A stretch of DNA of 64,000 nt from Octopus vulgaris (GCA_951406725.2 OX597814.1:186186001-186250000); one strand, 5' to 3'. Positions 36,646 to 51,117 are shown, counted from the first letter of the stretch. The notes: generated by a model not told the origin, from the letters alone. Numbers and translations are program-made.

Positions 36646-36986
36646 TGTCATTTGACTGTGGCCATGCTGGAGCACTGCCTTTAGTCGAGCAAATCAACAC
36701 CAGGTTGTAAGCCTGGTACTTATTCTATCGGCCTCTTTTGCCAAACCGCTAAGTTACGGGGATGTAAACACACCAGCATCAGTTGTCAAGCAATGTTGGG
36801 GGACAAACACAGACACACAAACACACATATACATATATACGACAGGCTTCTTACAGTTTCCGTCTACCAAATCCACTCACGAGGCTATAGTAGAAGACGC
36901 TTGCCTAAGGTGTTACACAGTGGGACTGAACCCAGGACCATGTGGTTGGTAAGCAAGCTACTTACCACACAGCCACTCCTGCACCT
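36646..36986 (-). mobile_element. SINE family A
   Basis: Family motifs on the minus strand. Confidence 0.88.
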
Positions 36987-37223
36987 ATGTGTATGTATGC
37001 ATATATACAGTATTTTTAGGTATTATTTTGAAACAAAAGAAGTTTTAAACCTTGAATTTTTTCCTCAGAAAAAGAAATATATCAAAAGCTTTAATATTAA
37101 GTTCATCAAACAAATAATTCTTAAGTTTCCATGATCTGTGAAAAAGGTCATGTAATGAAATATCCTTTTCATTACAAAATCATAACAAATGAAATAAGAT
37201 CATCAGTTATGAACATATAACAA

Positions 37224-37588
37224 CAGGAGTGGCTGTGTGGTAAGTAGCTTGCTTATCAACCACATGGTTCTGGGTTCAGTCCCACTGTGTGGCATCTTGG
37301 GCAAGTGTCTCCTACTATAGCCTTGGGTCGACCAAAGCCTTGTGTGAGGATTTGGTAGGTGGAAACTGAAAGAAGCCCGTCGTATATGTGTGTGCGTGTG
37401 TGTATGTTTGTGTATCTGTGTTTGTCCCCCCAACATCACTTGACAACTGATGCTGGTGTGTTTACATCCCCCTTGACTTAGCAGTTCGGCAAAAGAGACC
37501 GATAGAATAAGTCCTGGGGTCAATTTGCTTGACAAAAGGCAGTGCTCCAGCATGGCTGCAGTCAAATGACTGAAACAAGTTAAAGAAT
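37224..37588 (+). mobile_element. SINE family A
   Basis: Head, core, (GT)n and tail present. Confidence 0.9.
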
Positions 37589-39178
37589 AATGTGATGAGA
37601 ACTTATAGATTGGTTGGATAAATTGTTTCTGAAGGAAACTTAAATCTGTACACCATCACTGAAACACTAGTGCATCTTCAGCCACTAAATATCCCTGCTC
37701 AATTAGCTTGACAGCTGAGCAGAAGAAAGAGAATTGCAGAGTGTTGAATTACCTAGATTTTGGATGTTATTGCTATTATCTTGGATTGGGCAGCTATATA
37801 TGATGGAGATTACAGGCGTGACTCTGTGGTAAGCATTTTGCTTCATCACCACATGGTTCTGGGGTCAATCCTTGTGCATGGCACTAAAGACCAGTGTCTT
37901 CTGTTGTAACCCCAGTCTTGTCAGTTAACTTCATAGAAGTAAACTGAAAGAAATCAATTGTTTGTGTGTGTGTGTAAATGTATATATGTATGTATATTAT
38001 GTGTGTGCTATTGTCTCCTTATCTTGACATCATTTGATCATTGTAAATGAATATCGTCATCATGCAAGTAATGTCTTCCCTTCCCAGTACTGGGAACAAT
38101 GGTAGCGCCTTATCCCATTTCACTTCAAAATTACTGGGCATACTTCTAAATTAGAAACTTTATGAGCAGATGATCAAATGAATATTACAGCTTGATAGTG
38201 GTGTCTGTAGACCATGAGGATGAGCAGTACACCCCCAAGTTGCTATGTAAACCCATCCTCAATGCTGCTGGGCTTTTCTTCTTATATGCCCTTAGTTTTC
38301 AAGTGAGAGCCAGTCCATACAACATGATCCCACTCTTTAGACTTGGCAGTCTAACCACGGTGGATCAGCGGGTTAAAACATCTGTGGTAACCAGCAAGCT
38401 GTAGGTTTTGAATTTCCTCACAGGGCTAAAGGGCTCCACCAGATCTAGAGTAGCTGGAAGGGTGTCACAGAGAGTACTGTACTGCCTGACAGGCTCCATT
38501 TCCTGGCTTGTTAGTAGATTTAATTGTTATAAATTTGATAGAAAAAACTTCAGGAGGAACAAATATTTGTTTTAGAGATTTTTTAAACATTTTTCAGTGA
38601 AGACATTTATTATTGAATAAGTAAAGTTTTGCTGAGCCTAACTTGATAACTCCATTCCCTGATTTACTGTCAAAGTTGATTCTCCCAGCCTTTTTCTTTC
38701 CCAAGGCACTCTCAAAGTAGTTTGGGTTTGTACCTGGAGTCTCTTCGATGACATGCGAGATGTTACTACTCCAGGTTAGAGTAGACCTGGGACCAATAGC
38801 AGCTAGAAAGTGGTTCCACACTCCTCAAAACCCTAAAACTCCCAATCTAGATTCCACTTCCTACTGAAAGCATTTTAAAGTTGTACCCAGGACACATCGC
38901 AGTTCAATTTAGTTATAAAAAAACAAAAATTGCAAAATATTTAAATTATACATAGTTTTTTTTTGTTTGCTTTGTGTTCTTTTTTTTACCAATCTGTCAC
39001 TAAACAAGCCTGGCTTGATAACTGTTCGACTTTACTTATTCAATAATAGCTAATATGTCTTCACTGAGAAATGTTTAAAATATCTCTAAAACAAATATTT
39101 ATTCTTCCTGAAGTTTTTTCTATCAAATTTATAACAATTAAATCTACTGACAAATCACTTATTCTGGTATGTCTGTGC

Positions 39179-39215
<37 letters not shown>

Positions 39216-39425
39216 TATATATATATATGTGTGTGTGTGTGTGCATGTAGACTTATATTTATATATATATATATATATATATACTCACACACACACATAT
39301 ATATGTATGTACACACAGACATATCTTTCAATCTATTTATCTCTTTACTTCCCTCTCTCTCATTATATACACACATATGTATGTATGTTTGCATGTATAT
39401 ATACATGTATCTACATATATATGTA

Positions 39426-39478
<53 letters not shown>

Positions 39479-40367
39479 CACACATACTCATACATGTATG
39501 TACATACGTACATGTATGTTTGTATGTATGTATGTACATGTAAGCATTTGTATGTATTAAATATATATACATATATAAGCTAGTTACCTTCCTTTACACA
39601 CACACATACACACACATACATACGCACTCATGCAAGAACACATCAGTCTAAGATTGTTGACTCAATGTTGCATTTCAAGACAAAATTCACCACATACTCA
39701 AAAAAAAAAAAAAAAAAAATCACTTAACAATAGAATATGTTTTCTCTAAAACAATATCTTAAATATACAGCAATATGTTAAGACTGTGTGTGTGTGTGTG
39801 TGTGTGTAAAGCTTTGTGAATGCGTATGTGTGCACATATTTATCCATGTATTATCGTATTGTTAGCATTCAAAAATACTACAGTTTATTTCCTATTTAGT
39901 TGAAGCAATGGATATGTTATCATTGATACAAATAGCTCACGTGCATGCTTTGTGAGAGCGGAAAGGATCATGCTGGCATAGAACATGCAGCCAGAAAGAA
40001 ATAGCTGCCAAAGAGTGACAGGGAAACAAGCAGTATTTCATTAGAAAAAGAATAAGAAAAAAAAACCCCCAAAAAAATATATAAAATACAAGGGAAATCA
40101 AACTGGAAAAGGTGTGCGTGTGTGCAAGAGTGTGTGTGTGTGTGTGTGTGTGTATGCCCAATGTGTTTGGCTTTGTGTGATCTAATATGTCATACGTAGT
40201 TAATTCAGATTGCGTGATCTTAAAGAATCCACTTTATTTGGTTTAAATATTTGCCAAGGAAACAGAAGAAAGCATAAATGTATCATCACCATCATCATCA
40301 TCATCATCATTATCACTATCATTATTGTCTTTATCACAAAGAACTACAATATGTATGTATGTGTATG

Positions 40368-40405
<38 letters not shown>

Positions 40406-40516
40406 TGTCTTGTATACATATATATCTATATATACATATATGTGTTTGTATCTAGATATACATGTGTGTATATGTGTGTGTGTGTGTATATATGTAGACA
40501 TATTATATATAAGCAT

Positions 40517-40564
<48 letters not shown>

Positions 40565-40690
40565 GCTTATGTATATATACATTTATATGTATACATACAT
40601 AGCAATATGTATGTATATGTGTGCATATATATGTATATAATATCTTTCTGAAGTGAAATTAATGTGGAGATATATATATTATATATAAGC

Positions 40691-40748
<58 letters not shown>

Positions 40749-41359
40749 TATAATATCTTTCTGAAGTGAAATTAATGTAGAGATAGAGATAGATATTGTA
40801 GGTGGTGACAAGTCATGTCTTAAAGTTGAAGCAATTCTATCAATCCTGAAATATCAATCTTGAAATATCAGTCTTGGAATAGTAATGCCATTCATGTTTC
40901 AGCAAATATATAAGCTTTTGCAATATGTTATTCTCTTCAGTCTGTGAGTTTTTCCCTTAGAAATAGGTGTACAAATAAATGGATGAGGGGATGTAGGAAC
41001 ATAAATAGAAGATAGGGCCTCCTCAGAATATAGGTTAAATATGGCTAACTCATTACTACCATAATAATCATTAAAGATAAGGTATTATAATACAGTGATA
41101 GAACATGTTGTAGAGCAGGGGTGATACAGTGTACTATTATATAGTACATTGTGTTATGTTATATTGTATTCTAGAATGTGTGGCATATTATATTAGATTA
41201 TCATACATGTTATAAATAGTACACATAGCCTGTTACCAGACATGTTATTGTGTAGTTTTCTGGGTTATGAGCATTCAGTAATTTTATATAGCAATATTTT
41301 ATACTATATGGCATAATACATATAATACATGTACATGTTATACATGTGTGATATCATAC

Positions 41360-42168
41360 AGCAATGGGTTCAGACCCACTCACTGCATGGCAAATTGGGC
41401 AAGTGTTTTCTACAATCGCCTTTGATTGATCAAAGCCTTGTGAATAGATTTAGTAGGTGGAAACTCAAAGAAGTCCATGTATATGTGTGTGTGTGTGTGT
41501 GTGTTGTCTCTCTTGCCTTGACTTCATGCAAGTGGGGTTTCCAATCTTCCATGTAAATAATGTTTCCAATCTCCCATGAAAAAAAGGCAGCGAGCTGGCA
41601 GAAATTTTAGCACACCGGGTGAAATACTAAGCAGTATTTCGTCTGCCGCTACGTTCTGAGTTCAAATTCCACTGAGGTCAACTTTGCTTTTCAGCTTTTC
41701 GGGATCAATTAAATAAGTACCAGTTATGCACTGAGGTCGATATAATCGACTTAATCCATGTTTGTCCCCTCTGTGTTTAGCCCCTTGTGGGTAGTAAAGA
41801 AATACAAAATAATGTTTGGCCATGAGGAATATTTATTTCTTTATTGCCCACAAAGGGCTAAACATAGAGGGGACAAACAAAGACCGACAAAGGGATTAAG
41901 TCGATTACATTGAACCAGTTCATAACTGGTATTTATTTAATTGACCCCAAAAGGATGAAAGGCAAAGTTGACCTTGGCAGAATTTGAACTCAGAATGTAA
42001 CAGCAGATGAAATACCACTAAGCATTTCGCTCTGCATCCTAATGATTCTGCCAGCTCGCCATTGCCTTGCTTAGAAACAGGTAAGAGTTGGCAACAGGAA
42101 GAACATCCACCTCAACAAATTCTGTCCATCCCATACATGCATGAAAAAGTGGGTGTTAAAACGATGAT
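41360..42168 (+). mobile_element. SINE A/RTE-tail variant carrying two nested family B SINEs (41586-41804 +; 41833-42060 -)
   Basis: Host core at 41395-41475, host tail resuming at 41805-41832 and 42061-42168; nested copies have full B heads and AAAGAAATA tails. Confidence 0.8.
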
Positions 42169-42177
42169 GGGTGTGGG

Positions 42178-42423
42178 TGGAGGCACGTGGTTTAGTGGTT
42201 AGGGTGTTCAACTCATGATCATATGGTTGTGGTTTCGATTCCTGGACCAGGCGATGCGTTGTGTTCTTGAGCAAAACACTTCATTTTACATTGCTCCAGT
42301 CCACTCAGCTGGCAAAAATGAGTAATCCTGTGCTGGACCGGCATCCCATCCAGGTGGGGAATTTCTACGCCACTAAAACCAGGAAACTGACCCTTATGAG
42401 CCTGGCATGGCTGATGAAGGAAC
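42178..42423 (+). mobile_element. tRNA-derived SINE family D
   Basis: A box TGGTTTAGTGG, B box GTTTCGATTCC, core CTTGAGCAAAACACTT...TGCTCCAGTCCACTCAGCTG; related minus copies near 51900-52070, 54520-54735 and 61420-61625. Confidence 0.8.
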
Positions 42424-42444
42424 ATTTTTTTTTTAACGATGATG

Positions 42445-42489
<45 letters not shown>

Positions 42490-43126
42490 TCATCATCATC
42501 ATCATCGTTTAACGTCTGTTCTCCATGCTAGCATGGGTTGGACGGTTCGACCGGGGATCTGGGAAGCCAGAAGGCTGCACCAGGCTCCAGTCTTATCTGG
42601 CAATGTGCAAAGAATTGTCATGCTTCACATGTGGCAGAGTCATTCTTTTTTTTTTCATTCATATTTTCTTTAATTATTCATGTTCCAAGATTAAATCTCA
42701 CTGAAGTCAATTATGGCCTTCATATCTCTCATGTTGATACACTGAAGTATTGGGGTTGGTATATCTGACTATGTACCTTCACCCAATTTTGAAGCCTTCT
42801 TCTATCTATAATAAAAATAGCTGTCATCACCCTGTCTTATTGTATATCTAAGACTACATTTTCAAGTAAGCCCTACCAATTTTTGAAGGATAGTGAGGTG
42901 TAATTTAAAGGTAATTTAGCTCCTATTGCTAACTGGTTGAGTGATTATGTTGAGATTCAGTCATTATCCTGAAGAACTGATTGATTTGTTGAAAAATGTT
43001 TTATGGTGTTAGAAGACACTCGGAAACTAGATGGAATTCTTCTTGTTTACAGTGGACATATAAAAATGCCACGAATGTGATTTTGTGCATTTACTAAGTT
43101 TTTTCCTTTTTTCTTTTTTTTTTTAG

Positions 43127-43176
43127 GCTGTCAAGCAAAGAACTTGAAGTGGCAACTTTAGGACAGTTCTGGAACT
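43127..43176 (+). CDS. Candidate internal coding exon (50 nt) of an unidentified host gene
   Basis: Branch-like TACTAAG (43092-43098), long pyrimidine tract, AG at 43125-43126, donor GTGAGT at 43177; one open frame only (x-LSSKELEVATLGQFWN-x); sequence appears non-repetitive. Confidence 0.5.
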
Positions 43177-44499
43177 GTGAGTTAGTTTGGAATAAATTTC
43201 AGAAAATTATCTGGATTCTTGTAAAAGAATTCAGATCTTTTATTCAAGCTATAACAGCGGAAACACTGGGGCTGACTAATACAAGTAATTTTTCCTTGCC
43301 TATGTATCCTTCATGTAGCCATATCTGTCTAGAAGATAAATGGTATTCTTTATCAAAACTAATAACTTTAGGATTAAAAAATTTCTAAACCTGAACAATA
43401 ATTCTGTTACACAGAGTTGCCCACCATTTTTCATTCTTACTTTCTTTTTTGTTATTTTTGTTTAGTTTTTATTTTTGGTCATTTATTAAATAGGCAAATC
43501 TTTCATCCTTAAGAGTTTTTTTCCCCTCGTCTACTTAGCAGTGAGTAAAATAAATAACTAAACAAGAATAGCAGTAATCTAAATTCCAAATCTGTATTAA
43601 TGTATGTGAAAATGAGGACAAAATCTGCCATATTGGAATTCTAGAAACTTACCTACTGAGTGATTCATGATTTTTTTATGGGATAATGTTTGATAAATTA
43701 CCAAAATTGTTACAGAACATTAGAGATGTTCTTTTCCTTTTTTCTCTTCTTTTCAGTTATTAATGTGAATAGTATAATTTTGTAGTTTAAAGCTATTACC
43801 AAAATAATCATAAGAGTAGTGTTTTATTTTACTCTTTAATTATAGAAAATGTTATATTCCTTACTTTGGTATAATGTATGTTAGATATTATAATTAACAA
43901 TAATAATAATCTGAGAGAGAGAAACTCTTTGTTCAAATTTATTTTATGAATTTATATTTCATTTTGAAGGGTATTGAAAATCTAAGACATATTAACCAAT
44001 AGTTTGCAATTACTAATTTTAATTGCTAAGTGTTACATTAGTAAATGTTTGAGTATACCAAACAACATGCATTATTTAGTTAAGGCCTTTTAATTTCTAA
44101 GTTCAAATACTACTGAGATCAGCTTTGCCTTTCATCATTCCAGGTTGATAAAATAAAATACTAGTTTAGTACTAGGGCTGGTAAAATAGTCTATGCCCTC
44201 CTCTAAAATGTATGACCTTGTGCCTGAGTTAGAAATCAATATTAAGACTCTTGTTGTTGATGTTGTTAGTATTTTCATCATTGATATCAAATTTCTCATT
44301 ATTAGGTTGCAATCTTTCTATCATGGTTATTTCTTGTCTCAGTCTAAGTTTGTGTGACCTGCCATTGTTTGTTGGTTTATCTAGCTATCTTTTTTATGAA
44401 CAGTTCTTGTAATTGTTGTATAAGAGTATTTATTTAAGAAAGGATATTTTTTTAGTCAACTTTATAATGGTATTGTAGTGTCTTTGTAATAGAAGATCC

Positions 44500-44830
44500 C
44501 TTTTTCCATGTCTGGGTAAATTTGTACAGTTCCACTACCCACAAAACCTATAAATATCATGAAGTTCATCTAAGGAGAAATGCTATGGAGAATATCTCCT
44601 TTATTTCTCACTTTACTTTGGTAGAAATTCACATTGGCACTTTTCTCAATTTCAAATTTGGCAAGCTGGAATGAGTTTTCCAACTGAGCTGATCCACATA
44701 TTGTCCATCTATAGCAGTTCATTCACTTTTTTCCTTATACTGTAGCCATTTCCTATTGATTTCCACATTGTGCAAATTGAAGCCAGTGTCAAGCAGATGT
44801 GAAAATTGCTTTCAACAATCTTGTTTATTT
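44500..44830 (-). pseudogene. Decayed R4/Dong-like RT fragment
   Basis: GNGYSIRKKVNELL*MDN (cf. INHLLYMDD) and KFEIEKSA (cf. KFGLDKCA). Confidence 0.45.
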
Positions 44831-44849
44831 TTAATGTAGAATAGGTTGA

Positions 44850-45665
44850 GGCGTGGCTGTGTGTTAAGAAGATGGCTTCCCATTCACATGATTCTGTTCA
44901 GTCCCACTGCAAGGCACCTTGGACAAATGTCTTCTAGTAATAGCCCCAGGCCAACAAAAGCCTGGTGAGTGGGTTTGGTGGATGGAGACTGAAAGAATAA
45001 GGCGGCGAGCTGGCAGAAACGTTAGCATGCCGGATGAAATGCTTAGTTGTATTTCGTCTACCACTACAGTCTGAGTTCAAATTCCGCCGAGGTTGACTTT
45101 GCTTTTCATCCTTTCAGGGTCGATAAATAAGTTCCAGTTACGCACTGGGGTCGATATAATCGACTTAATCCTTTTGTTTGTCCTCTCTGTGTTAGCCCCT
45201 TGTGGGTAGTAAAAAAATAGGTATTTCGTCTGCCATTACATTCTGAGTTCAAATTCCGCCAAGTTTGACTTTACCTTTCATCTTTTTGGGGTCGATAAAT
45301 TAAGTACCAGTTATGCACTGGGGTCGATGTAATCGACTTAATCCCTTTGTCTGTCCTTGTTTGTCCCCTCTATGTTTAGCCCCTTGTGGGCAATAAAGAA
45401 ATAGGAAACTGAAAGAAGTCTGTCGTGTATGTATATATGTATGTGTATTTGTGTGTTTGTGTCTCCTTGTTTTGACATCACATGATAGTTGTAAATGAGT
45501 GTCACTGTCATACAAGCAGTGTTATTCATTACCAATATTCTTTGAAAACATGCCTGGCCATGAGGTAATATTACCTTGCTTGGAAAGAGGCAAGGCTTGC
45601 TGCCAGGCAAGGCATCTGGTCACAGAAAATCTGCCTCAATAAACTCTGCCTAACACCTGCAACCA
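44850..45665 (+). mobile_element. SINE A/RTE-tail variant hosting a dimeric family B SINE (45001-45402)
   Basis: Insert has the same dimeric layout as 22171-22582; TSD GA(G/A)ACTGAAAGAA. Confidence 0.85.
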
Positions 45666-46114
45666 GAGGAGGAGGAGACGGTAGAAATATTCTTGCAGTC
45701 ATCCATTGAAGCTTACTAGCTTCCCTCGACCCAGTTCAAATCAAATTCAGTACATCCAGCACCTATTGATAACAATTTGGGTGTTTCCATTGACTCTGGG
45801 ATCAATTCCATTTTGTAAACTATCAAGTTAATACTTTGGTTCTTACTCTAATTCTGGTTTACAGCCAATAATGTTTTATCAATGAAGAAGCTGGTCCTTT
45901 CAATACACTTATGCAATTTGATAGTGGGAAGAATGTTCTTCTCTTCATATTGGTTCGGATTTCACATTGAATTGATAAGACTGCTGTTGTTGGAAACAGC
46001 TGCAAGTGGGAAGCCAGATTCAATGATTATTGTGAATCTAGTTTTATACCTCACAGTTTCAAGTTCAAATTCTGTCAGTTCCCTTTGTGTTTATTCCCTC
46101 TGGGACAAGTAAAA

Positions 46115-46525
46115 TCATCATCATCATCATCATCATTTAGCATCTGCTTTCCATGCTGGCATGGGTTACATGGTTTGACTAGAACTGGTAAGCTGGAGAG
46201 TTGCACCAGGTTCCAATCTGAGTTTGCATGGTTTCTATACTTTGATGCCCTTCCTAATGACAACCACTACATGCAACTTCACTTGCATGGCTTAAGCTTT
46301 GAGACAAGCTTATGACTATTGGCAGGATCAACCAGGTATCATCGCAATTCAATCATTCGATGATGGGGGGCACTCTTTCTACATGCCACCAGCATTGGCC
46401 ACAACTATGATTTCACTTGGCTTGACGAGTCTGCTCAAGCACGGCATATTGCCAGAGGTCTCAGTCACCTATGGCCTCCATGAGGTCCACTGTTTGAAGG
46501 GTGCTTTTTATGTACCACTGGCACA
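46115..46525 (-). mobile_element. Family C (RTE-tail-type) repeat, diverged
   Basis: (CAT)n tail, TTCCATGCTGGCATGGG, GATGCCCTTCCTAA motifs. Confidence 0.7.
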
Positions 46526-46634
46526 TAAAATAGGTCCCAGTAATGCATTGGGGTAGGTAGAATATACTATACATCTCTCCTTTGCAAAAATTTACTTGAA
46601 GAAGAATCACAAGAAATCGTAATTATTGTTGATC

Positions 46635-46673
<39 letters not shown>

Positions 46674-47497
46674 CACCTGAGTTTGCTTTGGTCTTTCATC
46701 TCTTAGAGTGTAGCAAATAAGAACCAACAATACACTGAAAATAATTCTCTTCACTTTGACTGTTTTCTAATGATAATTTGCTTTGTACTTCATTAACAAA
46801 AAAAAAAAGAAAAAAGAAAAAAGTCATAATTATTCAGTGATTTTCACACAATTTTTTCCTTTACTCTGTAAATTAATCCTCTTGAGCCAAATTAAGAAAC
46901 CGTCATTATTGTTGTTTGTGTTGTTGCTGTTAATAATGATTTCTTTATTTGCCACAAGGACAAAGACTGCTGGGTGCAAGCTTTACAATGCAATTTAATG
47001 CAATCAGTACGGTGTACGATATAAATCACCAAACACATAAACACATTGTCGGGATGTGACATACATCTGTGTATTTAAATAATATAATATAATATAATGA
47101 ATGCAAACAAGTTTTACTTGCCTAAACAAATACTGAGAACCTATGTAAAACAAAATGTGACCCATTTCGACAAACAGACAGACATTCTGCACAACCATCA
47201 TTGACTCTACAGCATTTATCTTGGTTGAATGGCTTCCATGAACGAGCTGCATGATAAATTATTCAGTGCGTCCTAACACATCTCTTAGTTGAAAGCTAAC
47301 TAAGCAATCATTTCCACAGATTTTTATCCACCACTATCTTTGGCTCTGTAGGGAGATCTCTAAAAGTCTAAAACCCTGTGAAGAATGTGTCCCTTATCTT
47401 TATAGACTGTATGCTCCATTAATGCAATCTAGCTAAACAGGCAAGGCATATCATATTTATCATGTAATGATTTTAACTGAAATGCTGTACACCCTAT

Positions 47498-47534
<37 letters not shown>

Positions 47535-47693
47535 AGGAAGAGAGACAGAGAGCATGAACATATTGTCGTGATCATTACTATTATATTTATCTTCTCTCTT
47601 TCTCTCACTTTTTCTCTCTCATTTATATGCAATGCTTGAACTGGTAAATATTTATATAAATAATTTTAGAAAGGAAAAGAGTATAAACACTAT

Positions 47694-47746
<53 letters not shown>

Positions 47747-47747
<1 letters not shown>

Positions 47748-48892
47748 GGAATGAACAGGTACCTATCTAGTACAAAGGACTGGATGCTGCGACTTGTGCG
47801 CGAACACGAAAGCAACAAAAAGCTGCATTCTATTGTCAAGGAAGCTTATAAGTTCGAAAGGGAACTAGACATTAACCTTGAATCAGATGAAGAGCCGGAA
47901 ACCACTGCTACCAAGCAAGCAAAGCGAATCAAGCATACTGCAAAAAGAACGGGCAGAATCAAATTGAGAGGCGGTGGAGCCAGAAGCCCCTGCATGGACA
48001 ATATATTCTCCGAAGCCAAAATGCTGATGTAGACCAAGCAACAACCCATCAGTGGCTGAAGAGCTCTGGATTGAAAGCAGAGACTGAAGGTTTCATAATG
48101 GCAGCACAAGATCAAAGCTTGTTTACCAGAAATTACCAGGCTAACGTTCTCCGAAACGGTACTGACCCTAAATGCAGATTCTGCGACACATTTGACGAAA
48201 CGATAGACCATCTCGTTTCGGGATGTCCTGTGCTGACACCAAACGAATACAAAAATCGCCACGATAGGGTAGGACAGTATATACATTGGAAGATATGTAA
48301 ACACTACAAATCCGACACTCCTGCTAACTGGTATGAACACCATCCTCAGCCAGTTGTTGAAGGTAAAGATGTCACCATCCTCTGGGATTTTCCAGTCAAC
48401 ACTGACAGAACGATCAAGGCTAATCGACCAGACATAATTGTTAAAGACAGGGAAGAAAATACCTGCAGACTAATAGAAGTAAGCGTCCCCACTGATAAAA
48501 ATGTATCTGTCAAGGAATTTGACAAACTTAGTAAATATAAGGACCTGGAAATCGAAATACAGAGGATGTGGAATCTTAAAACAAAAACTGTTCCTGTTAT
48601 TGTAGGTGCCCTAGGTATGATAAAAAAGGGATGTCAGAAACACCTGGACAATATCCCTGGAAAACCATGTCTCAAGGAAATCCAAAAGATTGTGCTAACA
48701 AGTACTGCCCACATCCTTAGAAAAACCCTATCAATGTAAATGTCTGTGTTTGCATTACATGGAGATATATCTCTACTTCCCCTCCCCAAGCTTTCAGCTA
48801 TATTTCAACAACTCTTAACCTTCACTTGCCCTAGGGCGCTGGGTGTGCCCCGGCAGGTGATTGCATCAAACATGCAGATTAAAAGTAAATGA
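47747..48892 (+). mobile_element. 5'-truncated R4/Dong-clade non-LTR retrotransposon inserted in (TAA)n
   Basis: (TAA)n on both sides (47696-47746; ~48898-48925), the known Dong target; encodes the C-terminal ORF portion plus ~150 nt 3' UTR. Confidence 0.9.
47751..48739 (+). pseudogene. R4/Dong ORF C-terminus: CCHC zinc knuckle and restriction-like endonuclease; one frameshift near 47965
   Basis: KPLHGQY, LKAETEGFIMAAQDQ, CRFC..ETIDHLVSGC, RHD, RPD..IEVS..K..KY motifs, and QKIVLTSTAHILRK end. Confidence 0.92.
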
Positions 48893-48924
48893 CAATGATA
48901 ATAATAATAATAATAATAATAATA

Positions 48925-49258
48925 ATTTCTATTAAAGGCACAAGGCCTGAAATTTGTTGGAAGGGAACTAGTCAATTACATCAACCCCAGTGCATGACTG
49001 GTACTTAATTTATCAACCCTGAAAGGAAGAAAGGCAAAGTCGAACTCAGCAGAATTTGAACTCGGAACATAGCAGCTAAGAATTCTGCCAGCTCGCTGCC
49101 TTTGATGATAATGTGATAATAATAATTTCAAAATTTAGTACAAAGCCAGCAATTTTGGAGGAGAGGGTAAGTTGATTAATAATAATAATAATAATAATAA
49201 CAATAATAATAATAATAATAATAATAATGATTATAATAATAATAATAATAATAATGAT

Positions 49259-49292
<34 letters not shown>

Positions 49293-49727
49293 GTTTCAAA
49301 TTTTGCCACAAGGATAGCAGTTTTGGGGGTGAGAACAAGTCAGTTACATCAACTCCAGTGTTTCACTGGTACTTAATTGATCAATGCTGAAAGGGTGAAA
49401 GACAAAGTCAACCTTGGCAGAATTTGAACTCAGAACATAGCGGCAGACAAAATATTGCTGAGTATTTCACTTAGCATGCTAATGATTCTACCAGCTCACC
49501 ATCTTAATAATAATCCTTTCTACTGGAGGCACAAGGCCTGAAGTTTGGTGTGAGGGGACTAGTCAATTACATCAACCCCAGTGTTTCACTGGTACTTAGT
49601 TTATCGACCCCGAAAAGATGAAAGACAAAGTCGACCTCGACGGAATTTGAACTCAGAACGTAGCGGCAGATGAAATACCGCTAAGCATTTCGCCAAGCTT
49701 ACTAATGATTCTGCCAGCTCGCCATCT
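48925..49727 (-). mobile_element. Tandem cluster of family B' SINEs separated by (TAA)n (48925-49101, 49120-49175, 49294-49504, 49515-49727)
   Basis: Repeated GGCACAAGGCCTGAA / AAGTCGACCTCG / GCCAGCTCGCC units, all in the same orientation. Confidence 0.85.
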
Positions 49728-49845
49728 TTATAATAATGATGATAACCATCATTGTCATCATTATCATCATCATCATTTAATGTCCGCTTTCCATGCTAGC
49801 ATGGGTTGGACGATTTGACTGAGGACTGGTGAACCAGATGGAATA

Positions 49846-49894
<49 letters not shown>

Positions 49895-51117
49895 AATATG
49901 TTTAATCTAAATTCGAACCTCTGTTGCAACGCTGTCCTACAAGGAAAGGATACCCTGATGTCTGCCAGACAGAATTTCTGTTATTCTTTTTTCTCTCACC
50001 AGACAGGTTACTGTGATTTAGCTCTGATATTTAACCTGTGTTATAGTTTGAAAAGAGGAGAAGACAGACAGAAAGATAGACAGACATGCAGACAGATAGC
50101 AAGAGAAAGAGAGAGAGAGTAAAGTCAAAGAGAAGGCAGAAAAGAGGTGATGAGAATATAAAGAAAAGGAAAAGAAAGTGAAAGAAATGAAAAAGAATCT
50201 AGCTAAATGGCATTATTGGTTGTTGTGACACAATGTAGTGGGAGAAATGGAAGAGAGAAAGAGTGGAAGGAAGAGGGATGAATGAAAGGAAAGGGATAAG
50301 ATGTATAAGCTTAAAGCTTCTTAGGCACCGTCTCATATTCCCTACTTCATACTCATCAACAGCTTCACATCACTAAGTCTCGGTGACATCTTTGTCTCTG
50401 AAAATGCTAGCTATTGTTATTGAAAGAACTAAACAGCCCAAATTTTATGTCTATGCTAAAACAAAAAATAAGCAATCACTGAAAAGGACAGGCTAGTGTA
50501 TTCATGCAAGTTAATGACTTACATACGTTCCTCATGCTTCACTCAGTTTTCTTTGTATTTTTCTACCAGTAATCACCAATAGTAATTAACAAGACAGCCG
50601 CATTTTAATAAGCGATCACCATGTTAATTATTATAATTGTTATGAAGATAATAGCAAGTATTCATTTAAGTATACATTCCAGCAAAACAATTGAGCAAAT
50701 CATATAAAACTCATTAACAAGAGTTACTTCGTTTATCAAAAGTCTTACAGAATACTGAAATACTGATAATATTGTTAAATAACAAATAGACAGACGGATA
50801 AAACAGGAAGACCTAATATTGATTTCTTAGATAAGCACATGCAGTGTGTTTTCTAAGGAAGGGAGGTTTATCTGCTGAATCTATCTCAGAATCATGTCTG
50901 GTATTTATTTATCAATCTCATAGAGATAAAAGACAAACTCAAACCCCATTCGAGGCTTCACTAAAGTACATAAATTGTTGACACCTAATACTGTAAAGTA
51001 TATTCTACCTTTGGAAAAAAAGGAAAGCTAATATTCCCAACTTTGGGAAGAAAAAAATATTAATTTACTTTTTTTTTAGATGCTTAGAAGGAATTTTATT
51101 AAGTAAACTGTCTTTTG

